NCBI RefSeq assembly: GCF_024697385.1
Contig: NZ_JAILFV010000095.1
Span: forward strand, 3,233 to 67,232
Length of the DNA: 64,000 nt
Direction: 5' to 3'
DNA from: Anaerovibrio sp.
GTDB taxonomy: Bacteria > Bacillota > Negativicutes > Selenomonadales > Selenomonadaceae
Shown here: positions 8,239-18,092 of the stretch, piece by piece
How the letters are laid out: every line of letters starts with the position of its first letter
How positions within the stretch are numbered: position 1 is the first letter of the stretch
Program-made: the position numbers and the translations under genes
Notes under the pieces: generated by a model
Databases searched by the model: none
Told to the model about the DNA's origin: nothing
Seen by the model: the letters and a program-made list of their open reading frames with translations, nothing else

Positions 8239-9291
8239 TCACTTTATCAGCAAGCCTTCCAAAGAATCCGCCCAACATTGCGGATCCTCTGCATAAAAAT
8301 CGCCCCCACTGCTGCAGGCCACTGCCGGACACCCCCTGCACCAGGCCAAAAGTTTACATTTACTGCACTTTTTGAAATTATCATAATTTCTATATTGCTC
8401 CAATTCATTAATCCATAAATCCGACAATTTATCGCTAAATACATTGCCTACACAACTGTTTTGTACTCTGCGGCATGCATATACATCTCCAGTGGGGAGA
8501 ATAGTCAAATGGCAATTGCCACAATTACAGCCACCATAAATCATCTCCGGCTCTGCATCTGCAGGAATATGGAAACGACCCTTTTCGTAATCAAATAATG
8601 TCCATAAGTGATCCTTACGATTAAAATAGGTTTCACACCCTTCTTCTTCATAAGAACGATATATATTGTCACAATCCTCCAACAATTTCCGATATCGCTT
8701 TGGAGAGATGCTATTTTCTTTATCATCACTTGTAGGGCAATAGCGGGCGAAGGCATATACATTTGCTCCGGCCGCCACCACTGCATCAATAATATCAGGT
8801 ATTTCATCTATATTTTTATCGGAAACTGTTGTCATTATAATAGACCTGATACCAGCTCCATTTATAATCGCAACTTTTTCCAATGTAGTTTTAAAGGACC
8901 CGGGCTTACGAAACCAATCATGGGTTTTCTCAGTACCATCGATTGACATTTGATACCGCAAGCATCCGCAATCCGCTAGCTTCTTACAAACCTCCTCCGT
9001 AAGGTGGAAAGGATTTCCCATAATAGTAAATGGAATTTTCTTTTCTTTAAATTTGTCTAATAATGTCCAAAAATCCGGGTGTAAAATCGGATCTCCACCT
9101 GTGAGGTAGAAATAAGGTTGACGGCCATATGTATCACAAAAATCCAGGCAATTCTCCAATACCATATCCATTTGACCTATATTCATAAAGTCAGGACACT
9201 TATGAGTATTCTCAGCAAATATATAGCAATGCTTGCATCTTTGGTCGCATTCATCAGTGATATGCCATTGGAAAGAAAAATATGGTTTCAT
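8239..9291 (-). CDS. acgM: radical SAM/SPASM peptide maturase, ACGX system
   Basis: FQWHITDECDQRCKHC (CX3CX2C), LTGGDP, SPASM cysteines GCNCG..GDVYACRR..CSKCKLLAWCRGC..DPQC; starts 25 nt after the Cys-repeat peptide gene. Confidence 0.88.
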   Translation of the reverse strand: MKPYFSFQWHITDECDQRCKHCYIFAENTHKCPDFMNIGQMDMVLENCLDFCDTYGRQPYFYLTGGDPILHPDFWTLLDKFKEKKIPFTIMGNPFHLTEEVCKKLADCGCLRYQMSIDGTEKTHDWFRKPGSFKTTLEKVAIINGAGIRSIIMTTVSDKNIDEIPDIIDAVVAAGANVYAFARYCPTSDDKENSISPKRYRKLLEDCDNIYRSYEEEGCETYFNRKDHLWTLFDYEKGRFHIPADAEPEMIYGGCNCGNCHLTILPTGDVYACRRVQNSCVGNVFSDKLSDLWINELEQYRNYDNFKKCSKCKLLAWCRGCPAVACSSGGDFYAEDPQCWADSLEGLLIK

Positions 9292-9316
9292 ACAGCCGTC
9301 CTCCTTACCTCTCTAC

Positions 9317-9499
9317 TTATTTGTCTCCTGAACCACAGGATGAACCGCAACCGGAAGCTGCCAGTTTATCCCCTGACCCACAGGACGAACCACAGGCTGC
9401 GGAGTACTTGTCCCCCGAGCCACAAGCAGAGCTATTAGTTCCACTTACTGCTGATTTGCCAGACTTCATGTTCCAGGCTGCTAAATTTTTTAATGCCAT
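9317..9499 (-). CDS. acgA: ACGX-repeat RiPP precursor peptide (60 aa)
   Basis: Leader MALKNLAAWN... then ACGSGDK / ACGSSCGSGDK / GCGSSCGSGDK; AAAGGA RBS; the repeats differ only at synonymous positions. Confidence 0.88.
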   Translation of the reverse strand: MALKNLAAWNMKSGKSAVSGTNSSACGSGDKYSAACGSSCGSGDKLAASGCGSSCGSGDK

Positions 9500-9545
9500 A
9501 ATAAATCATCCTTTCTATAAATAGGCTGAACTAAACTACAGGTAC

Positions 9546-9574
9546 ATCTTAGCATCTGTTATCCGCCCTGTGAA
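9546..9574 (-). promoter_or_regulatory. sigma70-type promoter for the peptide operon
   Basis: TTCACA (9574-9569) - 17 nt - TAAGAT (9551-9546) on the minus strand. Confidence 0.65.
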
Positions 9575-9613
9575 ATGATTTTATCGCATAATTAATGCAC
9601 CAAACGCATTAAT
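9575..9613. promoter_or_regulatory. tandem LysR operator boxes (T-N11-A)
   Basis: Perfect inverted repeat ATTAATGC-N7-GCATTAAT (9591-9613) plus a second ATG-N9-CAT box (9575-9589) 20 bp away, abutting the -35. Confidence 0.7.
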
Positions 9614-9646
9614 ATGATATTATAAAAACAAAAATGAGGTAATACA

Positions 9647-10567
9647 ATGAACACTCAACAGCTGGAATGCTTTACTACTCTTGCCAATACCCTGAATTAC
9701 GCAAAAACTGCCGAACAGCTCTCCCTGTCCCAACCAGCTGTTTCCAGACAAATACAAAGTCTGGAAATGGAACTTAATACCAAATTATTCAACCGCACCA
9801 CCAGATCTGTAAGTCTTACTCAAGTAGGCTTTCAGTTTTTGGGCGATGCTCAGCAAATGTTATCCCTTTACTATCATTCCCTGGAATGGATTTCCACCTT
9901 TCACAAACATAAGCGCTCTGTGCTGCGGATAGGATACGCCGATTCACATGCCAACTGGCTTATAAGCAAAATACTATCGGGATTATTAGAGGAAAATCCT
10001 CAAATTGTTCCTGAACTTAATCTGGATCAAACTGATGCCAACCTTCAACGCCTTTCAGTCAGTCAATTGGATCTTATTATAGGGATCAAGGATGCTAAAT
10101 TCTCCGATGACGATATCATATTTGAACCATTACATAATGATGCCTTTGTCTGCGTAGTGAACAAAAACCATCCTCTTGCAAAATATAAAAAGAGACGCCC
10201 CAAAAGCGTCTCCTCTGAAGATATATGGCCCTTCCGTCAAATTATTGATATTCCGCCATACTTGTTAAAACATGTCTTTTCCCGTGGACATCATATAGTT
10301 CCTGTAAATGATGACCTGGATAATATCATTTGTACCACCACCAGTGAAGCCTACAACCTGGCATTGGCCGGTGCCGGTTTTGCACTTATACCCCAGCATT
10401 TAACCCTCCCTCACAAAGAACTGATATTTCTCCCCTGGAAGGAATCCCCCCATGCCCCTATGGGAATATACTATCGCAAGCAGACTGCCCTGGATAAAAA
10501 ATCAACGATTTATAAATTTGTACAGATTGCCAAAAATTGCATTGATTCAGCCATGCCACACAACTGA
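9647..10567 (+). CDS. LysR family transcriptional regulator
   Basis: MNTQQLECF..TAEQLSLSQPAVSRQIQSLE..LFNRTTRSVSLT HTH plus substrate-binding domain; divergent from acgA. Confidence 0.95.
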   Translation: MNTQQLECFTTLANTLNYAKTAEQLSLSQPAVSRQIQSLEMELNTKLFNRTTRSVSLTQVGFQFLGDAQQMLSLYYHSLEWISTFHKHKRSVLRIGYADSHANWLISKILSGLLEENPQIVPELNLDQTDANLQRLSVSQLDLIIGIKDAKFSDDDIIFEPLHNDAFVCVVNKNHPLAKYKKRRPKSVSSEDIWPFRQIIDIPPYLLKHVFSRGHHIVPVNDDLDNIICTTTSEAYNLALAGAGFALIPQHLTLPHKELIFLPWKESPHAPMGIYYRKQTALDKKSTIYKFVQIAKNCIDSAMPHN

Positions 10568-10645
10568 TTTTACTGTCGCCGTACAGTATAAAACCAGCTG
10601 ACCTCCTCCAATAATGTAAGTCAGGCTTTATTTTATCAGCACATG

Positions 10646-10675
10646 AAAAAACAGGTGGTATGAAATACCACCTGT
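10646..10675 (-). terminator. intrinsic terminator of the atp operon
   Basis: ACAGGTGGTAT-GAA-ATACCACCTGT stem with a U tract on the minus strand. Confidence 0.85.
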
Positions 10676-10687
10676 AAAATCACAAAA

Positions 10688-11104
10688 TCACTCAATATGA
10701 CTGCCAGTAGCGGTCAGTCTTGCCACAGCACGCTTCAATGCTGCTTCAGCACGAACCATATTGATATCCTCTGCTCCGGACTTACCGGATTCTATGCGCT
10801 TTTTGGCACGGTCAAATGCCCTTTGGGCACGATCCGTATCAATATCCTCTGGCAGCTCTGCCACAGATGCCATAACCGAAATTTTATCCGGCTGGACCTC
10901 CATGAAGCCACCACCTACAGCCACCAGCTTTTCATCACCATCAAGCTTTACCCTCATGGCATGAGGCACAAGACTGGTTACCAATGGTGCATGATGGGGT
11001 AAAATACCCAGCTCACCGGCAATAGAGCGGACAATCAGCATATCAATATCAGCAGCGTAAACCATCTTATCCGGAGATACAATCTCTAGCTTTATTGTAG
11101 CCAT
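10688..11104 (-). CDS. atpC: ATP synthase F1 epsilon subunit
   Basis: LEIVSPD, GELGILPHHAPL, GGFMEV. Confidence 0.97.
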   Translation of the reverse strand: MATIKLEIVSPDKMVYAADIDMLIVRSIAGELGILPHHAPLVTSLVPHAMRVKLDGDEKLVAVGGGFMEVQPDKISVMASVAELPEDIDTDRAQRAFDRAKKRIESGKSGAEDINMVRAEAALKRAVARLTATGSHIE

Positions 11105-11107
11105 GGA

Positions 11108-12532
<1,425 letters not shown>

Positions 12533-13384
12533 TTACTTCAATGCCTCAGCACCGCCCACGATTTCTGTGATTTCGCGGGTTATGCCGGCCTGACGAACTT
12601 TATTATAGTGCAAATCCAATTTTGCGATAAGCTCCTGAGCATTATCCGTAGCGTTACTCATTGCATTCATACGGGAACTCAGCTCACTGGCCGCAGCCTG
12701 GAGCAGAGCAGCATAAATAGTAGTAACAAGATACTGTGGCAGCAAATATCCCAGAACATCTGCAGCATCAGGTTCATAAATATATTCGGTACGGATTTTG
12801 CCTTCCTCCCCGGCCAAGCCACTGAAAGGAAGCAACTTTACCGTTTCCGGGACACAACTGATAGCTGATACAAATCTAGTATATACCATATATACCTCTT
12901 CGATATCACCGGCCTCAAAGCGGGAAATGATATCTTCAGCTATAGTCTTGGCATTTTCATACTTCGGTCTCTCACTGATACCGGTGTATTCACTGCATAT
13001 ATTATAGCTACGGTTGGAAAAATACTCTTTTACTTTACGGCCCACAGTAATAAGCTGTGTATTGCCCTTATCCTTTATCTGGGCAACAGCTTCTTTGATG
13101 GCATTACTGGAATATGCTCCGGCAAGACCTTTATCTGAAGCCATTACCAATATAAGGCATTTCCCCCCGGGATGCGTCTCCAGCAGGGGATGACTGAAAT
13201 CAGTCACATTAGAAGCAACATCAGATACTATCTGAGCCATTTTTTCTGCATAAGGCTTATTGGCAACAGCAGCTTCCTTGGCCTGACGAAGGCGGGAAGT
13301 TGCTACCATATTCATGGCATTTGTGATTTGCTGTATACTTTTTACGCTCTTAATACGACGGCGTATGTCCTGTAAACTAGCCAA
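12533..13384 (-). CDS. atpG: ATP synthase F1 gamma subunit
   Basis: IRRRIKSVKSIQQITNAM, SDKGLAG, RQAGITREI. Confidence 0.98.
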   Translation of the reverse strand: MASLQDIRRRIKSVKSIQQITNAMNMVATSRLRQAKEAAVANKPYAEKMAQIVSDVASNVTDFSHPLLETHPGGKCLILVMASDKGLAGAYSSNAIKEAVAQIKDKGNTQLITVGRKVKEYFSNRSYNICSEYTGISERPKYENAKTIAEDIISRFEAGDIEEVYMVYTRFVSAISCVPETVKLLPFSGLAGEEGKIRTEYIYEPDAADVLGYLLPQYLVTTIYAALLQAAASELSSRMNAMSNATDNAQELIAKLDLHYNKVRQAGITREITEIVGGAEALK

Positions 13385-13403
13385 ATAAAATCACCTCACT
13401 GCC

Positions 13404-14921
13404 TTATGCCATTTTATAGGTTACAGTTTCCTTAAATTCCTCAATACACTTGGAAATTTCTGCTTCTAAGGCATCATCCAGCTTCTTCTGGTCCATAATC
13501 TTCTGAAGGACATCCTCATGCTCACTGTGCATGAACTTCAACAGATCAGCCTGGAAAGCAACAACCTTCTCCACCGGAATATCAGTGAGGAAGCCACGAA
13601 CTGCTGAGAAGATTACTACTACCTGCTCCTGAACGGCAAGCGGTGCATATTGAGCCTGCTTCAGAGTCTCAACCATTCTGGCACCACGATCAAGCTGTGC
13701 CTTGGTAGTTTTATCCAGGTCTGAAGCGAACTGGGCAAATGCAGCCAACTCACGATACTGTGCCAAATCCAAACGCATGGTACCAGCTACCTGCTTCATG
13801 GCCTTGATCTGAGCACTACCACCTACACGGGATACTGACAAGCCTACGCTGATTGCAGGACGGATACCGGAATAGAAAGCGTCTGTCTCCAACATAATCT
13901 GACCATCTGTTATGGAGATAACATTGGTTGGGATATATGCAGATACATCGCCTGCAAGAGTTTCAATAATTGGCAAAGCCGTAATTGAACCAGCGCCCAT
14001 GGCGTCTGACAATTTAGCGGCACGCTCCAAAAGACGGGAATGTAGATAGAATACATCACCCGGATAAGCCTCACGCCCTGGTGGACGACGAAGCAGCAGA
14101 GACATTGCACGATATGCAGCAGCGTGTTTTGTAAGGTCATCGTATACACAAAGTGCATGACCACCTTTATACATAAAGTATTCTGCCATTGCAACACCGG
14201 CATATGGAGCCAGATACTGCAGCGGTGCACTGTCAGATGCAGTTGCAACAACTACTATGGTATATTCCATAGCTCCACCGTCCTCGAGGGTCTTAACCAC
14301 ACGGGCAACGGTAGATGCTTTCTGACCAATGGCTACATATACACAGATACAATTCTGTCCCTTCTGGTTGAGGATTGTATCAACAGCTATAGCTGTCTTA
14401 CCTGTACCACGGTCACCGATAATCAACTCACGCTGACCACGGCCGATAGGAACAAGGGCATCAATTGCCTTCAAACCAGTCTGAAGTGGCTCATGTACAG
14501 ACTTTCTGTCTGCAATACCAGGAGCCTTATATTCTACTGGACGATATTCAGTTGTGTTAATAGGTCCCTTACCATCTACCGGGCGTCCCAAGGCATCGAC
14601 TACACGGCCGACCATTGCTTCGCCAACAGGAACCTGCATGATGGTACCGGTTCTCTTTACAAGATCACCCTCCTTGATGGCTGTATCACCACCAAGAATA
14701 ACTGCACCAACATTATCCTGCTCCAAATTCAGAACAAGACCATATATATCGTTACCGAAATCCAAAAGCTCTCCTGCCATAGCCTTGCTGAGACCATGAA
14801 CATGGGCTATACCATCACCGATTTCGATAACAGTGCCTACATCATCAACATTCAAATCAACATTGTAATTTTTGATTTGATCCTTGATAATGGCTGTTAT
14901 TTCTTCCGGATTCATTTTCAT
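13404..14921 (-). CDS. atpA: ATP synthase F1 alpha subunit
   Basis: [30 protein letters not shown]. Confidence 0.99.
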   Translation of the reverse strand: MKMNPEEITAIIKDQIKNYNVDLNVDDVGTVIEIGDGIAHVHGLSKAMAGELLDFGNDIYGLVLNLEQDNVGAVILGGDTAIKEGDLVKRTGTIMQVPVGEAMVGRVVDALGRPVDGKGPINTTEYRPVEYKAPGIADRKSVHEPLQTGLKAIDALVPIGRGQRELIIGDRGTGKTAIAVDTILNQKGQNCICVYVAIGQKASTVARVVKTLEDGGAMEYTIVVVATASDSAPLQYLAPYAGVAMAEYFMYKGGHALCVYDDLTKHAAAYRAMSLLLRRPPGREAYPGDVFYLHSRLLERAAKLSDAMGAGSITALPIIETLAGDVSAYIPTNVISITDGQIMLETDAFYSGIRPAISVGLSVSRVGGSAQIKAMKQVAGTMRLDLAQYRELAAFAQFASDLDKTTKAQLDRGARMVETLKQAQYAPLAVQEQVVVIFSAVRGFLTDIPVEKVVAFQADLLKFMHSEHEDVLQKIMDQKKLDDALEAEISKCIEEFKETVTYKMA

Positions 14922-14943
14922 ACTTCGCTGTCACCCCATTTTC

Positions 14944-15486
14944 TCAATTACTTGCCATCAATTCAGCCTTTAGTGCCTGTAATCGCCCGGTAACACTGCC
15001 GTCAATCCGCTTATCACCGATTTTGACAATCACACCACCAATAATCCTGGGATCATTATGCATGCGCAGTTTAATTCTCTTACCGGTTACTCTCTCCAGC
15101 TTTCTCCCAAGGCTTTCCTTGAGCTCAGACTTCAAATCAAATGCACTGGTTACATCAGCAATCATTATGCCCCGTGCCTTATTTGACAGCTCCTGATAGC
15201 ACTCATTAATGGCCTCCAGCAGTACAATACGACGCTTGTCCACCAGAAGCAGCAAAAACTTAAACATCAAGTCCGAAATTTCTCCCTGCAAGAGCTTGGA
15301 GAGGATATCCTTCTTAGCCTGAGGCTGTACCTGCGGGTTGGTCAGGAAGCCCTTTAAATCAGCATGAGAAAAAAGGTCTTTGCTAACCTTGGCCAGCTCA
15401 TTACCATATTTCTCTAGCTTTTTTTCTTCTTCAGCAATCTCGAAGATTGCAACCCCGTATTTACGGGCAAGCTGTATATTTAACAT
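14944..15486 (-). CDS. atpH: ATP synthase delta subunit
   Basis: ARKYGVA, IIGGVIVKIGDKRIDGSV; operon position. Confidence 0.96.
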   Translation of the reverse strand: MLNIQLARKYGVAIFEIAEEEKKLEKYGNELAKVSKDLFSHADLKGFLTNPQVQPQAKKDILSKLLQGEISDLMFKFLLLLVDKRRIVLLEAINECYQELSNKARGIMIADVTSAFDLKSELKESLGRKLERVTGKRIKLRMHNDPRIIGGVIVKIGDKRIDGSVTGRLQALKAELMASN

Positions 15487-15983
15487 GGCAAATCACCAAT
15501 CTTATCCTTATCGAGCTGATCTATAAATTCCTTGATAAGCACTTCATTTTCAGCAGCATTAATCTTCTTGGAAACGATTTTCTCAGCAGCCGCTACGGAT
15601 AATGCAACGACCTCACCCTTGAGTTTTTCAACTGCCTGGGCGCGTTCCCTCTGGATTTCCTGCTGAGCAGCTTCTTTCATCTGCTGAATCTCAGTCTTTG
15701 TTGCCTGAATGCTGGTTTCATGCTCCTCATTTGCACGCTTTTCAGCCTTATCCATAATATCCTGAGCCTTTAAGCGGGCACCAGCAAGCTGATCCTGATA
15801 TTCTTTCAGGGTTGCCTGAGCAGCAGCAGCATCGTCATCAGCCTTTTTGATGCTATTAGCGATTCTGTCCTCGCGCTCTTTAAGGACCTTGACAATAGGC
15901 TTATAAGCAAAAATACGAAGAAGTACAACCAAGAGAAGGAAGTTCAGCATCTGCGCAATTAAGGTTGCGTTAATATCTATCAA
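15480..15983 (-). CDS. atpF: ATP synthase Fo b subunit
   Basis: N-terminal TM (AQMLNFLLL..FAYKPI) followed by a coiled coil. Confidence 0.96.
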   Translation of the reverse strand: MIDINATLIAQMLNFLLLVVLLRIFAYKPIVKVLKEREDRIANSIKKADDDAAAAQATLKEYQDQLAGARLKAQDIMDKAEKRANEEHETSIQATKTEIQQMKEAAQQEIQRERAQAVEKLKGEVVALSVAAAEKIVSKKINAAENEVLIKEFIDQLDKDKIGDLPC

Positions 15984-16024
15984 TTCTATTGCCTCCTCTA
16001 CTTATCACCTCATCAAAACGCTGA

Positions 16025-16276
16025 TTATTTAATAAGTGGGTTAGCGTACAGTATAATCAGGGCAATAACGGTTGCTATAATACACATTGCCTCGATCAGA
16101 CCTACAGAAATCAGGGTGTTGGTAAACAGTGCATTCTTGGCCTCAGGCTGACGGGTAAGGCCCTCAATAAACTTACTGGTAACCAGGGCATCACCCAATG
16201 CAGCACCAACTGCTGCCAATCCCATAATAATACCTACACCGATCATAGCTGCCGCTATCATAATTGCATTTTCCAT
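16025..16276 (-). CDS. atpE: ATP synthase Fo c subunit
   Basis: Two TM helices, RQPE loop, carboxylate Glu in GLIEA. Confidence 0.97.
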   Translation of the reverse strand: MENAIMIAAAMIGVGIIMGLAAVGAALGDALVTSKFIEGLTRQPEAKNALFTNTLISVGLIEAMCIIATVIALIILYANPLIK

Positions 16277-16350
16277 TAGATAATCCTCCTTATAGTCATA
16301 ACGATAATTTACCGCCTGTCAGTGGCATTCCACTGCAGCAAAAACTGTTA

Positions 16351-17022
16351 CTACTCTTCACTTTCCTTAACCGCATTGGCCAGATAAGCCATGGAAAGGC
16401 TGGTGAAGATAAATGCCTGTACTCCGCCGATAAATAAGCTGAATGCCAGCCATGCTACTGATGGAATTGGCATCCAAATTGGAACCAGCTTCAGCAGGAT
16501 AATAATCAGAATTTCACCTGCAAGAATGTTACCAAATAAACGGAAGGCCAGTGTGATTGGCTTTGCCACTTCTTCAATGACATTGATAACTACAAATATT
16601 GGAAACGGCTGAAAAAAATGCTTAACATAATGCATTCCCTTCATATACAATCCCAATACATGAACTATCAGCACGATCAGAAGCGCCAATCCTAATGTGG
16701 TGTTCAGGTCGTTTGTCGGTGATGCCATTGTAGGCACCAGTCCTAACCAGTTAGCTACAATCAGGAAAAGAAACAGGGTCACAATCAATGGACACAGGAA
16801 TTCTCCCTTTGGTCCGAGATTTGTTGCAACCTGCTCCCTCAGCCAAACGATAAGTGCCTCAACTATATTCTGGGCACCTGTTGGTACCAGCTTGAGATTT
16901 CTGGTGGCCAGCACGGCAATGAATAACACTATTGCCATACTCAACCAGGTCATCACAAGGGTTTCCCAATTGAAGGTCAGTCCGGCAAACTGCACTGTTT
17001 CGCGAACACCGATTTCGTGCAT
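16351..17022 (-). CDS. atpB: ATP synthase Fo a subunit
   Basis: SPTNDLNTT, KPITLAFRLFGNILAGE, QAFIF. Confidence 0.97.
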   Translation of the reverse strand: MHEIGVRETVQFAGLTFNWETLVMTWLSMAIVLFIAVLATRNLKLVPTGAQNIVEALIVWLREQVATNLGPKGEFLCPLIVTLFLFLIVANWLGLVPTMASPTNDLNTTLGLALLIVLIVHVLGLYMKGMHYVKHFFQPFPIFVVINVIEEVAKPITLAFRLFGNILAGEILIIILLKLVPIWMPIPSVAWLAFSLFIGGVQAFIFTSLSMAYLANAVKESEE

Positions 17023-17085
17023 AACCTATACCCCCTTCTGCTGCGTCTGCATAAAAAAATGCATCTCTTGAGAAATTACATTGAC

Positions 17086-17463
17086 TTAAAGATATTTACT
17101 GTAATTGGTATGAATTAACAACAGCAATCCCAATACATAAACAACGGCAAAGCCCGTGACCACTGCCACGAACTGCGCCATTGAAACATGAATGGCTGCA
17201 CCAAATACAGCAGCCAGCAATAACAGCCGTATAATAAGTCCAGATGCCATAGTGCTTTTTGCCCTTGCTACAGTCATATCCGCACTACGCCAAAGTCGTC
17301 CCAACATGACACCATACCAGGCAGTTCCCATAAGATAACCCGCAGCCAGTCCAAAAATAAGAACACCCTGATCATATGCCAGTAAAGAAACAACAAGCAT
17401 GGCTGTAATTATTGCCAATATACCCAGCATTTTTCTGATGCCGGCCAATACAACTTCCCTCAT
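17086..17463 (-). CDS. atpI: ATP synthase protein I
   Basis: Four TM segments upstream of atpB; ATG 17463 with GGAGG RBS. Confidence 0.85.
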   Translation of the reverse strand: MREVVLAGIRKMLGILAIITAMLVVSLLAYDQGVLIFGLAAGYLMGTAWYGVMLGRLWRSADMTVARAKSTMASGLIIRLLLLAAVFGAAIHVSMAQFVAVVTGFAVVYVLGLLLLIHTNYSKYL

Positions 17464-17612
17464 ATTCCTCCTCCGACAAGGCACAACCTCATCTTCGTTG
17501 AATACTTTATTAAACCATATAGGAGTACAAACTCCTATACAGATTAATTATAACATATTTTAACCTTAATTATCATTAATATTTTAATGACAATATCGTT
17601 GCAAAATAACCA

Positions 17613-17840
17613 TCAGATTATTTCTTTAAGCTGTTTCCATATCAGGTAGAAGGCTATCGGGAATCCCAACAGAATCCCTGTCAGTTTTCCGGCATATTCC
17701 AACCCCAGCCATTCATCTGCCATGGACCCCAAAAAAATGCATATACCAATGACAACAGCAAAAAAAATTCCCGTGCCCCCTAACACTCCAAGGATTTTTA
17801 ATCCCTGAGCCAAGCCACCGGATTCTGGTTTTCTGCTCAT
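17613..17840 (-). CDS. AtpZ/AtpI family small membrane protein
   Basis: Two TM segments with a G..AD.WLG pattern; first gene before atpI. Confidence 0.75.
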   Translation of the reverse strand: MSRKPESGGLAQGLKILGVLGGTGIFFAVVIGICIFLGSMADEWLGLEYAGKLTGILLGFPIAFYLIWKQLKEII

Positions 17841-18013
17841 AAAAAGATCTCCTTCAATGATAAAAGAACAGCTTATTATTGCTCAAAAAGCTAATATACT
17901 CATTATATCAAATTATTTTTTGGAAAAAAAATATTACAATATAATGCAGCAATATGTTTTAATAAATATCATTTATCAAAACATGCATTTCCTTCTTCTC
18001 CTTAAAATACCGC

Positions 18014-18055
18014 AAAAATGGATGCTTTCTGTATTACACAGTCCAGCATCCATTT
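18014..18055 (-). terminator. probable intrinsic terminator
   Basis: AAATGGATGCT...AGCATCCATTT inverted repeat with a U tract on the minus strand. Confidence 0.6.
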
Positions 18056-18092
18056 CTGCAGTGATAACAAACCGGCACCATCGGCACAATAA

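Noticed and set aside
8228-8341. N-terminal extensions in the ORF track (nitroreductase; also kdsB, lpxI, tolC, mlaF, flgI, flgH)
   Set aside because: They overlap upstream genes or spacers; downstream starts with RBSs match typical family lengths.
9317-9430. Short DNA repeats as a possible CRISPR array or VNTR
   Set aside because: The repeats are degenerate at third codon positions, have no unique spacers, and no cas genes are present.
9282-9524. Plus-strand 80-aa ORF with EPQ/DEPQ repeats
   Set aside because: It is the antisense shadow of the ACGX peptide repeats; the RBS, promoter and operon context support the minus strand.
3920-10640. The accessory block as an intact mobile element
   Set aside because: No integrase, transposase, tRNA target or flanking direct repeats were found by eye.
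14124-14993. Long plus-strand ORFs (also 32374-33162, 33889-34695, 40808-41749, 60213-61187)
   Set aside because: They lie antisense to well-conserved genes and show no recognisable motifs.
16025-16276. Na+-translocating ATP synthase
   Set aside because: The c subunit lacks the Q...ES/T...Y sodium signature.
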